From NCBI GenBank assembly GCA_040389905.1, contig JAZJZK010000010.1, forward strand, positions 38,510-102,509: a stretch of 64,000 bases of DNA, given 5' to 3'. Positions within the stretch are counted from its first letter, which is position 1, and each line of letters opens with the position of its first letter. This DNA comes from Gemmatimonadota bacterium (lineage in GTDB: Bacteria; Gemmatimonadota; Gemmatimonadetes; Gemmatimonadales; Gemmatimonadaceae). The notes beneath the pieces were generated by a model. That model was not told the DNA's origin and made no database searches. It saw only the letters and a list, made by a program, of their open reading frames with translations. The position numbers and the translations under genes were made by a program. Shown here piece by piece: positions 49,988 through 59,932 of this stretch.

Positions 49988-51778
49988 ATGTCAGCCCACT
50001 CGTCCGCAACGAGCATTCGAACGCACGCCTGTGGTGATCTCCGATCCGAGCACGCCGGCCAGTCCGTGCGTCTTGGCGGCTGGGTCCACCGCGCGCGCGA
50101 TCTTGGAGGCCTCGTGTTTCTCGACCTGCGCGACCGGGCCGGTCTGGTGCAGGTCTCGTTCAACCCTGGAACGGCGGGCGCGGATGTCTGCGCGCTGGCC
50201 GCCTCGCTCGGTGCGGAAACAGTCGTGATCATCGAAGGCACGGTGACGGAACGACCGGATGCCATGCGGAACCCCGAGATGGCCTCTGGCTCGATCGAAG
50301 TGAGTGCCACCTCGCTTCGCGTTGTCGGTCCTGCCGTGACGCCTGCGATTCCGGTTGCCCGCGGGAAGAGTGAACAGCTGCCGGCAGAGGAGCTGCGGCT
50401 CAAGCACCGCCACCTCGACCTGCGACGGGAAGACCTCCAGCGCAACCTCATGCTGCGCCACCGCCTGCTGCAGCGCACACGCCGGTTTTTGTCCGACGCG
50501 GGGTTTCTGGAAATCGAGACGCCGATTCTCACCAAGCCGACGCCTGAAGGCGCTCGGGACTACCTCGTGCCGAGCCGAGTGCATCCGGGCGAGTTCTATT
50601 CGTTGCCGCAGTCCCCGCAGATCTACAAGCAGTTGTTGATGGTGTCTGGCTACGATCGCTATTTCCAGATCGCTCGCTGCTTCCGTGACGAGGATCTGCG
50701 GGCGGACCGGCAGCCCGAGTTCTCCCAGATCGACATCGAGGCATCGTTTGTCGCGCAGGGCGACATCATCGACCTCGCGGAATCGCTCATTCGCGAACTC
50801 TGGGACGAGGGGAAGAGTCCGTTTCCTGCTGAGCGCGTGCGCCGCATGACATATGCGCAGGCGATGGAGGGCTATGGCATCGACCGTCCAGATCTTCGGT
50901 ATGGGCTCGAAATCGAAGACGTCAGCGCCGTCTTCGCCAGCGTCGACTTTCCATTCACGGCGGCGGCGCTCGCATCGGGTGGACGGGTGCGCGGTATTCG
51001 CGTGCTCGGAGGCGCCACGCTCTCGCGCAAGCAGCTGGACGAAATCGACGTCATCGCCAAGAGCGCGGGGGCGCGCGGACTTCTGCGCGTCAAATGCGTG
51101 AACGGCGTGATCGAGGGCGCGGTCGGCAAAGTACTGAGCACCGAGGCGGCCGCCGCGCTCAGGCTCGGCGACGGCGACCTCGGGCTCTATGTCGCCGCCG
51201 AGGACCACGTGTCCAATCCCGCGCTCGATCGGGTGCGGCAGGACGTGGCCCAGCGATTGGGGTTGGTTCCGGCGGGCGTGAACGAGTTCGTGTGGGTGAC
51301 GGACTTTCCCATGTTCGAACGCGACGCGGAGACGGGCGCACTGGGCGCAATGCATCATCCGTTCACGGCGCCGAATCCAGAGGATCTGGCAATTCTCGCG
51401 CACGAGCCGTGGAAGGCGCGCGCCCTCGCCTACGACCTCGTGCTCAATGGAACGGAGTTGGGCGGCGGCAGCATCCGCATCAGTGATCCGGCCGTGCAGG
51501 GCACGGTGTTCGGACTTCTGGGAATCGACGAGGAGACGGCGCAGGCGCGCTTTGGATTTCTCCTCGATGGTCTGCGCGCCGGGGCGCCTCCGCACGGTGG
51601 TATCGCGTTCGGGTTCGATCGCATCTCCATGCTGCTCGCCGGCGCGTCCTCGCTGCGTGATGTCATTGCATTTCCCAAGACGACGGCTGCCCGCTCGTTA
51701 TTCGAGGGTGCACCGACAGTCGTCAACGCCAAGGACCTCCACGACCTGCACATCAAACTGGAGTCGGACGCCACGTGA
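49988..51778 (+). CDS. aspS: aspartate--tRNA ligase
   Basis: RTHACG, PEGARDY, LPQSPQ, FRDEDLRADRQPEF, GAPPHGG. Confidence 0.98.
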   Translation: MSAHSSATSIRTHACGDLRSEHAGQSVRLGGWVHRARDLGGLVFLDLRDRAGLVQVSFNPGTAGADVCALAASLGAETVVIIEGTVTERPDAMRNPEMASGSIEVSATSLRVVGPAVTPAIPVARGKSEQLPAEELRLKHRHLDLRREDLQRNLMLRHRLLQRTRRFLSDAGFLEIETPILTKPTPEGARDYLVPSRVHPGEFYSLPQSPQIYKQLLMVSGYDRYFQIARCFRDEDLRADRQPEFSQIDIEASFVAQGDIIDLAESLIRELWDEGKSPFPAERVRRMTYAQAMEGYGIDRPDLRYGLEIEDVSAVFASVDFPFTAAALASGGRVRGIRVLGGATLSRKQLDEIDVIAKSAGARGLLRVKCVNGVIEGAVGKVLSTEAAAALRLGDGDLGLYVAAEDHVSNPALDRVRQDVAQRLGLVPAGVNEFVWVTDFPMFERDAETGALGAMHHPFTAPNPEDLAILAHEPWKARALAYDLVLNGTELGGGSIRISDPAVQGTVFGLLGIDEETAQARFGFLLDGLRAGAPPHGGIAFGFDRISMLLAGASSLRDVIAFPKTTAARSLFEGAPTVVNAKDLHDLHIKLESDAT

Positions 51779-52734
51779 GTGATGGATCTGTAACGCAGAA
51801 GGTATCCACCGAGGGGGCCGACATGCTCACCCTCGCCGGTGTCAATGACGGCAACCTCGTGGAGCTCTCGCGTCTGTGCGGTGTGAAGGTCGCGCTCCGC
51901 GGCGATGCGATGTCCATCACGGGGCCGGCGGAACTCGTCGAACGCGCCGTTGAACTCGCGCGGCGAATGGTCGACCGCGCGCGGCAACGCACCGAGCTCA
52001 CCCCGGACGACGTATTGCGACTCAGCGAAGATGATGGGCCGTCGCACGACGGCAATGGCAACGGCGTCGGCGACGGGCGGATCGCGCTTCCGGGTGTGCG
52101 CAAGCTCATTCAGGCCAAGACGAGCGGCCAGGCAGAGTACCTCGCAAAGATCGCGGAGAACGATATCGTCGTCGGCATCGGCCCCGCGGGAACGGGAAAG
52201 ACCTTTCTCGCGATGGCAGCGGCGGTCGATGCGCTCACCAAGAAACGCGTCAAGCGGATCATCCTGGCGCGCCCGGCCGTGGAGGCGGGCGAGAGCCTCG
52301 GTTTTCTGCCGGGCGACATGCAGGCGAAGGTCGATCCATATTTGCGGCCGCTGTATGACGCGCTCGACGAGATGATGCCGCAGGAACGTGTGCAGAAAGC
52401 ACTGGAGACGCGCGTCATCGAGATCGCGCCGCTCGCCTTCATGCGCGGCCGTACGCTCAGCGACGCCTTCGTCATTCTCGACGAGGCGCAGAACGCCACG
52501 GCGATGCAGATGAAGATGTTCCTCACGCGGCTCGGCGTGAACTCGCAGATCGTCATCACTGGCGACAAGACGCAGATCGACCTGCCGAAGCGGGAGGAAT
52601 CCGGACTGATGCAGGTGGAGCGCATCCTTCCGGGCATCGATGGCATTGCATTTCATTACTTCACGGACGTGGATGTCGTCCGGCACCGTCTGGTGCGGGA
52701 CATCATCAAGGCGTACGCGGAAGACGGAGACTAA
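51775..52734 (+). CDS. phoH: PhoH-family ATPase
   Basis: GPAGTGKT, RPAVEAGE.LGFLPG, MRGRT, DEAQN. Confidence 0.95.
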   Translation: MSDGSVTQKVSTEGADMLTLAGVNDGNLVELSRLCGVKVALRGDAMSITGPAELVERAVELARRMVDRARQRTELTPDDVLRLSEDDGPSHDGNGNGVGDGRIALPGVRKLIQAKTSGQAEYLAKIAENDIVVGIGPAGTGKTFLAMAAAVDALTKKRVKRIILARPAVEAGESLGFLPGDMQAKVDPYLRPLYDALDEMMPQERVQKALETRVIEIAPLAFMRGRTLSDAFVILDEAQNATAMQMKMFLTRLGVNSQIVITGDKTQIDLPKREESGLMQVERILPGIDGIAFHYFTDVDVVRHRLVRDIIKAYAEDGD

Positions 52735-52757
52735 TTTCGGTTGTCGCACGTGACGAC

Positions 52758-53201
52758 ATGAGTCGCCAGATCGATGTGCACGCAGAAGACGTTCGCGTCC
52801 CGGTTGGTCGCGAGCGCGTGGTGCGCACCGCGGAATCGGTGCTGCGCGCGGAGCGTGTGCGCGATGCGTTCCTCTCGATCACCTTCGTGTCCAACCGTCG
52901 GATCGCGGCCCTCAATCGGCGGCATCTCGGGCACCGGGGTGCCACCGATATCATCTCGTTCGGCTTTGCCGAAAACGCGCCGGGCACCGGTGTGTCAGGT
53001 GACATCTACATCGCGCCCGCGGTCGCACGCGCGAATGCGCTCGCGCATGGCGTGGGAATCCGTGAGGAGCTGCTTCGGCTCGTCGTCCACGGCGTCCTCC
53101 ACGTACTCGGTCACGATCATCCGGTCGATGCGGGCCGCTACGCATCGCCGATGTGGCGCCGTCAGGAGCAGTTGCTTCGTCGCGAGCTCGCGCGCCCATG
53201 A
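52758..53201 (+). CDS. ybeY: rRNA maturation factor YbeY
   Basis: TDIISF, GDIYI, HGVLHVLGHDH. Confidence 0.95.
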   Translation: MSRQIDVHAEDVRVPVGRERVVRTAESVLRAERVRDAFLSITFVSNRRIAALNRRHLGHRGATDIISFGFAENAPGTGVSGDIYIAPAVARANALAHGVGIREELLRLVVHGVLHVLGHDHPVDAGRYASPMWRRQEQLLRRELARP

Positions 53202-54445
53202 GTGCAATCTCCGTCACAGTCGCAGCGGGCGCGATCATCGTCGCGACGCTGGCCGCCGCGGCTGACGGCGCGCTCCTCGGGGGCGACCCCGACCCCGAAC
53301 CAGCGCCGAACGTCGTTGGGGCGCTACGTCGCCGAGAGCACGCGCACCGTGCCTTGGCACTCTCGCGCGTGCTGGCGCACCTCGTCACCGGCGCTGCCGT
53401 CGCGCGAAGCCTGCATCTGCAGCGCGGCGACGGAGTCACCGGGGCGGCGACCGCCCTCGCAGCGGCGCTGTTCGTGGTCATCATCGTCGAAGGCATCGGT
53501 CGTTCGCTCGGCTTCGCCACGGCGCCGCGCTTCATTCTCGCGTTTGCACCGCTCGTGCGTGCGCTGGAGGTCCTGCTCTCGCCGGTGCTCAAGCTCGGTG
53601 TGGCACTCGACTCACTCTTCGAGCGGCTGATGCCCGCGCCCACGATCGCGGAACGCGCAGAACAACGCGAGGAAGCAACGGAGCAGTTCCGGCAAGTCGT
53701 CGCCGCCGAGGCCGATGTGTCGGGCGACGAGGAGGCGCTCATCCGCGGCGTCTTCTCATTGTCGGATACCGCGGTGCATGAGGTGATGATCCCGCGCGTC
53801 GACATTGTGGGGATCGATTCGACGACGCCGTGGAGTGAAGCGGTCGATCGTGTGCGCAGCAGCGAGCACGCTCGCTTTCCCGTGTACGATGACACGCTCG
53901 ATAACGTGATCGGCATCCTGTACGCGAAGGATCTCCTGCCTTTCGTTATCGACGATGATGAGCCGATGATGGGGTGGCAATCGCTCGTTCGGACGGCGAA
54001 TTTCATCCCGACGTCGAAGCCGATCGACGCGCAGCTGCGTGATTTCAAGAGTAGCCGAACGCACATCGCCATCGTGAGCGACGAGTTTGGCGGCACCGCG
54101 GGCCTGGTGACGATCGAGGACGTGCTCGAGGAAATCGTCGGCGAGATTCACGACGAATACGACGTCGATGAGCCAGACGTCAAACAGGAACCTGGCGGCC
54201 GCTTCTGGGTGAGCGGCCGGATTACGCTCGACGAACTGAGCGAGCTGCTCGGGCAGGATTTCGTGCAGGAGGACCTCAGTACGGTCGGCGGACTGGTCTA
54301 CGAGACGTTCGGGCGCGTGCCGCGCGCCGGCGAGTCCAAGGTCATCGGCTCGTACAAACTCGTGGTCGAGCGGGTGCGCGGTCGCCGCATCGAGCGCGTC
54401 CACTTTGCACGGGTGCATCCCCTTCCCGTCGCGGAGGACAAGTGA
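53198..54445 (+). CDS. CNNM/hemolysin-family protein (TM + CBS pair + CorC)
   Basis: VMIPRVD, HARFPV, DEFGGTAGLVTIEDVLEEIVGEI. Confidence 0.9.
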   Translation: MSAISVTVAAGAIIVATLAAAADGALLGGDPDPEPAPNVVGALRRREHAHRALALSRVLAHLVTGAAVARSLHLQRGDGVTGAATALAAALFVVIIVEGIGRSLGFATAPRFILAFAPLVRALEVLLSPVLKLGVALDSLFERLMPAPTIAERAEQREEATEQFRQVVAAEADVSGDEEALIRGVFSLSDTAVHEVMIPRVDIVGIDSTTPWSEAVDRVRSSEHARFPVYDDTLDNVIGILYAKDLLPFVIDDDEPMMGWQSLVRTANFIPTSKPIDAQLRDFKSSRTHIAIVSDEFGGTAGLVTIEDVLEEIVGEIHDEYDVDEPDVKQEPGGRFWVSGRITLDELSELLGQDFVQEDLSTVGGLVYETFGRVPRAGESKVIGSYKLVVERVRGRRIERVHFARVHPLPVAEDK

Positions 54446-55413
54446 TCTCAACGGACGTGCTGCTCATTGCGGCCCTCGCCGCTGTCGCAGCACTCACCGC
54501 CGGCGGTATGGCGATGCGGTCGGTCAGCCGCATCTGGCTGCGCCACTGGGTGGAGCAGCAGTTACGGGGCTCGCGCGCCGCGCTCGCGTACCTCGAGCGG
54601 CCACACCGCCTCATCATTGCCGCGAGTGCGAACGTCGCACTGATTCTGGTGCTCAGTGGCGAACTGTTGGCCAGTGATTACGCGGACGAGCTGCCGGCCT
54701 TGACGATCTGGCTCGCCGCGTTCGCCGCGGCGGTCGTCGTGCTCGGACAACTGTTGCCTCGTGCACTGGCGCGGCGCTTCGCGCCACAAGTCGCTGCGTT
54801 CCTTTCGCCTCTGCTCGAGGCTGCGGCGGTCATCGCATCACCGGTCGTCGCGACCGGCCGGTTGGTGAGCCGACCATTCGAAAAGCGAACGCTCGCCGAG
54901 CGTGATGCCGAGCGTGACACCATCCAGGAGCTGCTGCGCGAAGGAGAGCTCGAAGGGGTGGGTGAGCGCGAAGAGATGGACATCATCACTGGTGTGATGG
55001 AGTTTGGCGAGAAGACCGTCGGCGACACCATGATTCCGCGCGGCGACATCTTTGCGGTCTCGAAAGCGTCGAGCGCTCGCGAGATTGCCGAGGAGTTCGC
55101 GACGTCGGCGTTCAGTCGTGTGCCGATCTTCGATGGTTCGCTCGACAACATCGTGGGCATGATCCACGCGTTCGACGTGCTGAAGCTGCATGGCGAGGAG
55201 GTGCCCCCATTACGCCCGGTCGCGCGCGCACTCTCCACGGCATCGTGCAGTGAGCTGTTATTCCGGATGCTGCGATCACGCACACATCTGGCAATTGTTC
55301 ATGACGAAGACCAGCACACGCTCGGCCTGGTAACGCTCGAGGACCTGCTGGAGGAACTCGTTGGCGATATTCGCGACGAGCATGACGACCCGGCGCAATC
55401 GCCCGCGCAATGA
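54442..55413 (+). CDS. CNNM + CBS protein lacking the CorC domain
   Basis: GQLLPR, MIPRGD, FSRVPI, GLVTLEDLLEELVGDI. Confidence 0.88.
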   Translation: MISTDVLLIAALAAVAALTAGGMAMRSVSRIWLRHWVEQQLRGSRAALAYLERPHRLIIAASANVALILVLSGELLASDYADELPALTIWLAAFAAAVVVLGQLLPRALARRFAPQVAAFLSPLLEAAAVIASPVVATGRLVSRPFEKRTLAERDAERDTIQELLREGELEGVGEREEMDIITGVMEFGEKTVGDTMIPRGDIFAVSKASSAREIAEEFATSAFSRVPIFDGSLDNIVGMIHAFDVLKLHGEEVPPLRPVARALSTASCSELLFRMLRSRTHLAIVHDEDQHTLGLVTLEDLLEELVGDIRDEHDDPAQSPAQ

Positions 55414-56480
55414 CCGCATCCACGCATACAACGCTCCTTGCCGATTTTGCTGCCGGAAGGAAGGCGGCACTGGCGCGCGCAATCAGCATCGTGGAGAATC
55501 ACCGCGCAGGCTTCGAAGAGCTCCTGGCCACGTGGCATCCATTGCTCGGGCGAGCGCGCCGCATCGGTGTCACGGGTCCACCTGGTGCCGGAAAGAGCAC
55601 GCTCACGACGGGACTCGCGCGGGCGTACCGCGCCCGCGGGCTTACGGTCGGCATCATTGCCGTCGATCCAACGTCGCCATTCACTGGCGGTGCACTCCTC
55701 GGTGACCGCATCCGGATGGAAGACGTCGCGCTCGATCCTGGCGTCTACATCCGGTCGCTCGCAACACGAGGGTCGCTTGGAGGGTTGTCGGCGGCGACGC
55801 GGGAATCCTGTGATGTGCTCGACGCGTTTGGCATCGACCGAATTCTCATCGAGACGGTGGGCGTCGGCCAGAGTGAGCTCGATGTGGCGCGCACGGCAGA
55901 TACGAGCCTCGTCGTGCTTGTCCCGGAGTCCGGCGACTCGATCCAGACGCTCAAGGCCGGGCTCATGGAAATCGCCGATGTCTTTACGGTCAACAAGGCG
56001 GATCGCCCCGGTGCGGATCGCCTCCGCAACGAAATCGAAGTGATGCTGGGCATGCGAAGTGGCGCGATGATGCGAAACGTGCCGGCGCACCATGGTGTCG
56101 ATCTGTCACAGAACAACATCCTCAAGCAGGTCCGTGCGGCGTCGATGAGTGACGATACGAGTCGCTGGACGCCACCCGTGCTGCGCACGGTTGCCGCGAA
56201 GGACGAAGGCGTTCCAGAGCTGCTCGACGCGCTCGATAGGCACTTTCGCTATCTTGAGGAGAGCGGCACGTTGCGAGCGCGTCGCCGAACCCGGCTGCGT
56301 GAACGCGTCGTGGAAGTGGTTGAAGACAAGGCGCGGCGGCGCCTGTGGAGCGACGCGGAAACAACCCAGTGGCTCGAGACGCGTCTCGGCGAGCTCGAGA
56401 GCGGGACTGCAACGCCGTTCGGGATCGCGAACGATTTGCTGGCGCGAAGTGCGGACCTTCTGACGCGGACGTCGTCATGA
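55410..56480 (+). CDS. meaB: B12-mutase-associated GTPase chaperone
   Basis: [41 protein letters not shown]. Confidence 0.96.
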   Translation: MTASTHTTLLADFAAGRKAALARAISIVENHRAGFEELLATWHPLLGRARRIGVTGPPGAGKSTLTTGLARAYRARGLTVGIIAVDPTSPFTGGALLGDRIRMEDVALDPGVYIRSLATRGSLGGLSAATRESCDVLDAFGIDRILIETVGVGQSELDVARTADTSLVVLVPESGDSIQTLKAGLMEIADVFTVNKADRPGADRLRNEIEVMLGMRSGAMMRNVPAHHGVDLSQNNILKQVRAASMSDDTSRWTPPVLRTVAAKDEGVPELLDALDRHFRYLEESGTLRARRRTRLRERVVEVVEDKARRRLWSDAETTQWLETRLGELESGTATPFGIANDLLARSADLLTRTSS

Positions 56481-58171
56481 CATCGATGCGAGAGTTGACG
56501 GATACGATCTCCGAACAGCACGCCGAGCTTGCTCGCCTGCGCGAGGAAGTCGCCGCGTGGCGACGCGCGTACGAAAAGGGCGCCAAGCGCGAAATCGCCT
56601 TCACCAATTCGGCGAAGGAAGTCGAGCCGCTCTATACCGAGCTCGATGTCGAGCACAACGATGCCGAGACGTTGGGTGTTCCAGGCGTCTATCCGTATAC
56701 CCGCGGTATTCATCCAACAGGGTATCGTGGCAAGCTCTGGACGATGCGCCAATTCGCCGGCTTCGGCAGTGCGTCGGACACAAACGAGCGCTTCAAGTTT
56801 CTGCTGGCCCACGGTCAAACAGGGCTCTCGACCGCGTTCGATTTCCCGACGTTGATGGGGTATGACTCTGACCACCCGCGTTCCGAAGGCGAGGTCGGGA
56901 AGACCGGTGTCGCGATCTCGAGCCTTGCCGACATGGAGGTGCTCTTCGACGGAATTCCGCTCGATCAGGTGTCGACGTCGATGACGATCAACGGCCCGGC
57001 GATCATTCTCTGGGCGTTCTACATCGCCGCCGCGGAGAAGCAGGGCGTCTTGAGTGACAAGCTGCAAGGGACAATCCAGAACGATATCCTGAAAGAGTAC
57101 ATGGCGCAGCACGCGTGGTGCTTTCCCATCGTGCCCGCGCTGCGTCTGATCGTCGATTGCTTCGAGTGGGGCGCGAAGCACGCGCCCAAGTGGAACACCG
57201 TTTCCATCAGCGGCTACCACATCCGCGAGGCCGGAGCGACCGCGGCGCAGGAACTTGCGTTCACACTCGCCGATGGCTTCAGCTATCTCGAACACGGCAT
57301 GGCGCGCGGACTCGACGTCGATGACTTCGCGCCCCGGCTTTCCTTCTTCTGGGACATCCATAACGACTTCTTCGAGGAGATAGCCAAGCTCCGCGCGGCG
57401 CGCCGCATCTGGGCACGCCATCTCAAGGAGCGGTATGGGGCGAAGAACGCAAAGTCGCTGCTCATGCGCTTCCACTCACAGACCGCTGGGGTCACGCTCA
57501 CTGCGCAACAGCCGATGAACAACATCGTGCGCGTCGCGTATCAGGCGCTCGCTGCCGTACTCGGCGGGACGCAGTCGCTGCACACGAATTCGATGGACGA
57601 GACGCTCGCGCTGCCGACGGAGGCCGCGGTGCAGGTCGCGCTTCGCACGCAACAGGTGCTCGCGTATGAGACCGGCGTTCCGAACGTCATGGATCCGCTC
57701 GGCGGCTCGTATTACGTCGAGGCGCTCACCGATCAACTCGAGGCGGAGGCGGAAACGCTGTTCGCCGAAATCGAATCGATTGGCGGCGTGGTGCAGGGGC
57801 TGGAGCAGGGGTGGTTCCAGCGCAAGATTCACGAATCTGCGGCGCGTCAGCAGTGGGAGATCGAGCAGCACCGGCGCGTGATCGTCGGCGTCAACGAGTT
57901 CGTCACGGCCGAGTCCGCGCTCGAGATACCGACGCTCCGTATCGGGGAGGAAGTTGCGCGCGAGCAGGCGGCACGGCTCGCGAAGGTGCGCACGGAGCGC
58001 GACGGCGCGCTGTGCGCCGAACGGCTCGACAAGCTGCGCGCGGCCGCTCTCGGCACGGAGAACGTGTTTCCGCATATCCTGGATTGCGCGCGCGCATACT
58101 GCACGCTGTTCGAGATTCGTCGCGCGCTCGAAGACGTTTTCGGCGCGTATCGCGAGCCGGTGTTTTTCTGA
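56477..58171 (+). CDS. acyl-CoA mutase large subunit (isobutyryl-CoA mutase-like), no B12 domain
   Basis: [39 protein letters not shown]. Confidence 0.93.
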   Translation: MTSMRELTDTISEQHAELARLREEVAAWRRAYEKGAKREIAFTNSAKEVEPLYTELDVEHNDAETLGVPGVYPYTRGIHPTGYRGKLWTMRQFAGFGSASDTNERFKFLLAHGQTGLSTAFDFPTLMGYDSDHPRSEGEVGKTGVAISSLADMEVLFDGIPLDQVSTSMTINGPAIILWAFYIAAAEKQGVLSDKLQGTIQNDILKEYMAQHAWCFPIVPALRLIVDCFEWGAKHAPKWNTVSISGYHIREAGATAAQELAFTLADGFSYLEHGMARGLDVDDFAPRLSFFWDIHNDFFEEIAKLRAARRIWARHLKERYGAKNAKSLLMRFHSQTAGVTLTAQQPMNNIVRVAYQALAAVLGGTQSLHTNSMDETLALPTEAAVQVALRTQQVLAYETGVPNVMDPLGGSYYVEALTDQLEAEAETLFAEIESIGGVVQGLEQGWFQRKIHESAARQQWEIEQHRRVIVGVNEFVTAESALEIPTLRIGEEVAREQAARLAKVRTERDGALCAERLDKLRAAALGTENVFPHILDCARAYCTLFEIRRALEDVFGAYREPVFF

Positions 58172-58932
58172 CGGTCCGCGCGAAGAAGGGTGACTGGTGG
58201 GAGTCGTACTTCGACGCCCACTACCTGCTCGAATACGAGCCGATCTTCACCGAGGAACGCGATCGCCACGAGGTAGCGCGGCTGATCGACATACTCGCGT
58301 TGCCGGCCGGCGCGCGTATTCTCGACGTTCCCTGCGGACAGGGGCGGCACGCCCACCCACTGGCCGAGGCAGGATATCGCGTCGATGGATTGGATTATTC
58401 AGAGCACCTGATCGCAAAGGCACGCGCTCGCGGTACGGGGCCCCTCCTGAAATACACACGCGGTGACATGCGGAAGCTCCCCGCGCGCTGGACTGGGAAG
58501 TTCGACGCCGTCTTGAATCTCTTTACGTCATTCGGATTCTTCACAGACGCCAAGGACGATGCGCGCACTATCGCTGAGTTTGCGCGTGTGCTCACACCCG
58601 GCGGCGTGCTCGTGTGGCACGGAGGGAGCCGCGATGGTGTGATGGCGAAATTCCTTTCCCGCGATTGGTGGAAGTCGGACGATGGGACGATGATCGGCCA
58701 CGAGCGCGCGTTCGATCCACTCTCGGGCATTCTCAGCATTGACACCGCGTGGGAGGGGCCGTCGGGCCGCGGGAACCGCTCGCACAGAATCCGGCTCTAC
58801 ACCGCGTCGCGTCTCGCGGAGCTTTGTCTCGATGCAGGTCTCATCGTCGAGGAAGCGTACGACGGATTTCGCGATCGGCCGCTGACACGGCGTTCCGGTG
58901 AGATGCTGCTGGTGGCGAGAAAGCGCGACTAG
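58168..58932 (+). CDS. class I SAM-dependent methyltransferase (start uncertain)
   Basis: [27 protein letters not shown]. Confidence 0.9.
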   Translation: MTVRAKKGDWWESYFDAHYLLEYEPIFTEERDRHEVARLIDILALPAGARILDVPCGQGRHAHPLAEAGYRVDGLDYSEHLIAKARARGTGPLLKYTRGDMRKLPARWTGKFDAVLNLFTSFGFFTDAKDDARTIAEFARVLTPGGVLVWHGGSRDGVMAKFLSRDWWKSDDGTMIGHERAFDPLSGILSIDTAWEGPSGRGNRSHRIRLYTASRLAELCLDAGLIVEEAYDGFRDRPLTRRSGEMLLVARKRD

Positions 58933-59732
58933 GGCTTCGCGATGTCTGCGGTCATCAACCTCTCGTAGACGATCTGGTACGGCGTGGGCGAGATATTCAT
59001 TTCGCCGCGCAGCGGGTTATCCATCGCCGCAATCAGAAAGATCAGCAGCCCGATCAGCGCTGACAGCGAACCTGTGAGCATGACGTGCGCCATCGGCGGC
59101 CTGATCACGAACAACCATGTGATCGCGACGTTGAGGACTCCGCCGATGAGGACGACCCACCACACGACCGCCGGTAGACCCCCGTCTACGAGTTCAAGGC
59201 GGAGCGAGCGCGCAAGCACCAGCGCGTTGAATGCACGGAGCGCCTCGGCGTGCATCGCCGTTTGCGATGGTGAAGCGGGGTTGAATGCAAAGAGCTGATC
59301 CTGGAACGCGGTAAGGCGGCGCGCGTCTCCCATTGGAAGCTTGCCCTTGCTTTGGACAGGCCACGCGGAGTCGATGACGAACCTCGTATACCCGAGCAAC
59401 TCCTGGTGCAACGCCGTGCGAATGGGCTCAGGATAGGAGGCGACGTCTCTCCAGAGCGTGGCAATCGTCGCGGCCTCGCGCCCGACCTGGTTCCCCGCGT
59501 CGGAATAATCTTCCCAGGCACCGATGGCGATCAGTCCCAGCGTAATGCCGTAAAACACGCCGAGTCCGGCGAAGAAGAAGCTCACCACATCGTTTTGCGG
59601 TGTGTCACCCCACATGCGCGCGACGGCTGACCGAACTAGCCGCAATCCACCGAGCCCCACCGCGATCCAGACGCTCATGATCAGCGCGCCGAGCAGGATG
59701 TCTGGAAGGTCATAGATCCAATAGAGTGTCAT
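58929..59732 (-). CDS. DUF4239-type membrane protein
   Basis: GVFYGITLGL, AMDNPLRG, about 4 TM. Confidence 0.75.
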   Translation of the reverse strand: MTLYWIYDLPDILLGALIMSVWIAVGLGGLRLVRSAVARMWGDTPQNDVVSFFFAGLGVFYGITLGLIAIGAWEDYSDAGNQVGREAATIATLWRDVASYPEPIRTALHQELLGYTRFVIDSAWPVQSKGKLPMGDARRLTAFQDQLFAFNPASPSQTAMHAEALRAFNALVLARSLRLELVDGGLPAVVWWVVLIGGVLNVAITWLFVIRPPMAHVMLTGSLSALIGLLIFLIAAMDNPLRGEMNISPTPYQIVYERLMTADIAKP

Positions 59733-59932
59733 TGACGTCTCGAGTAGTCGTCCCAGGCGTGTCAGGCTCGCCCAAGATGCGCGAGAGGAGCCGCCACGCG
59801 CCAATTGCACTCGTCTGTTACAAACACGAATGCGTCATTGACTTGTCGGCCAGATGCACCCATTGTGCAGCACAACGGCTGGGGTCGCCAGCGCCCGGCC
59901 GGCAGTTCCTGCCAGTTCACCAGGGAACCTGG

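Noticed and set aside
49991..51595. 534-aa minus-strand ORF
   Set aside because: Antisense shadow of aspS
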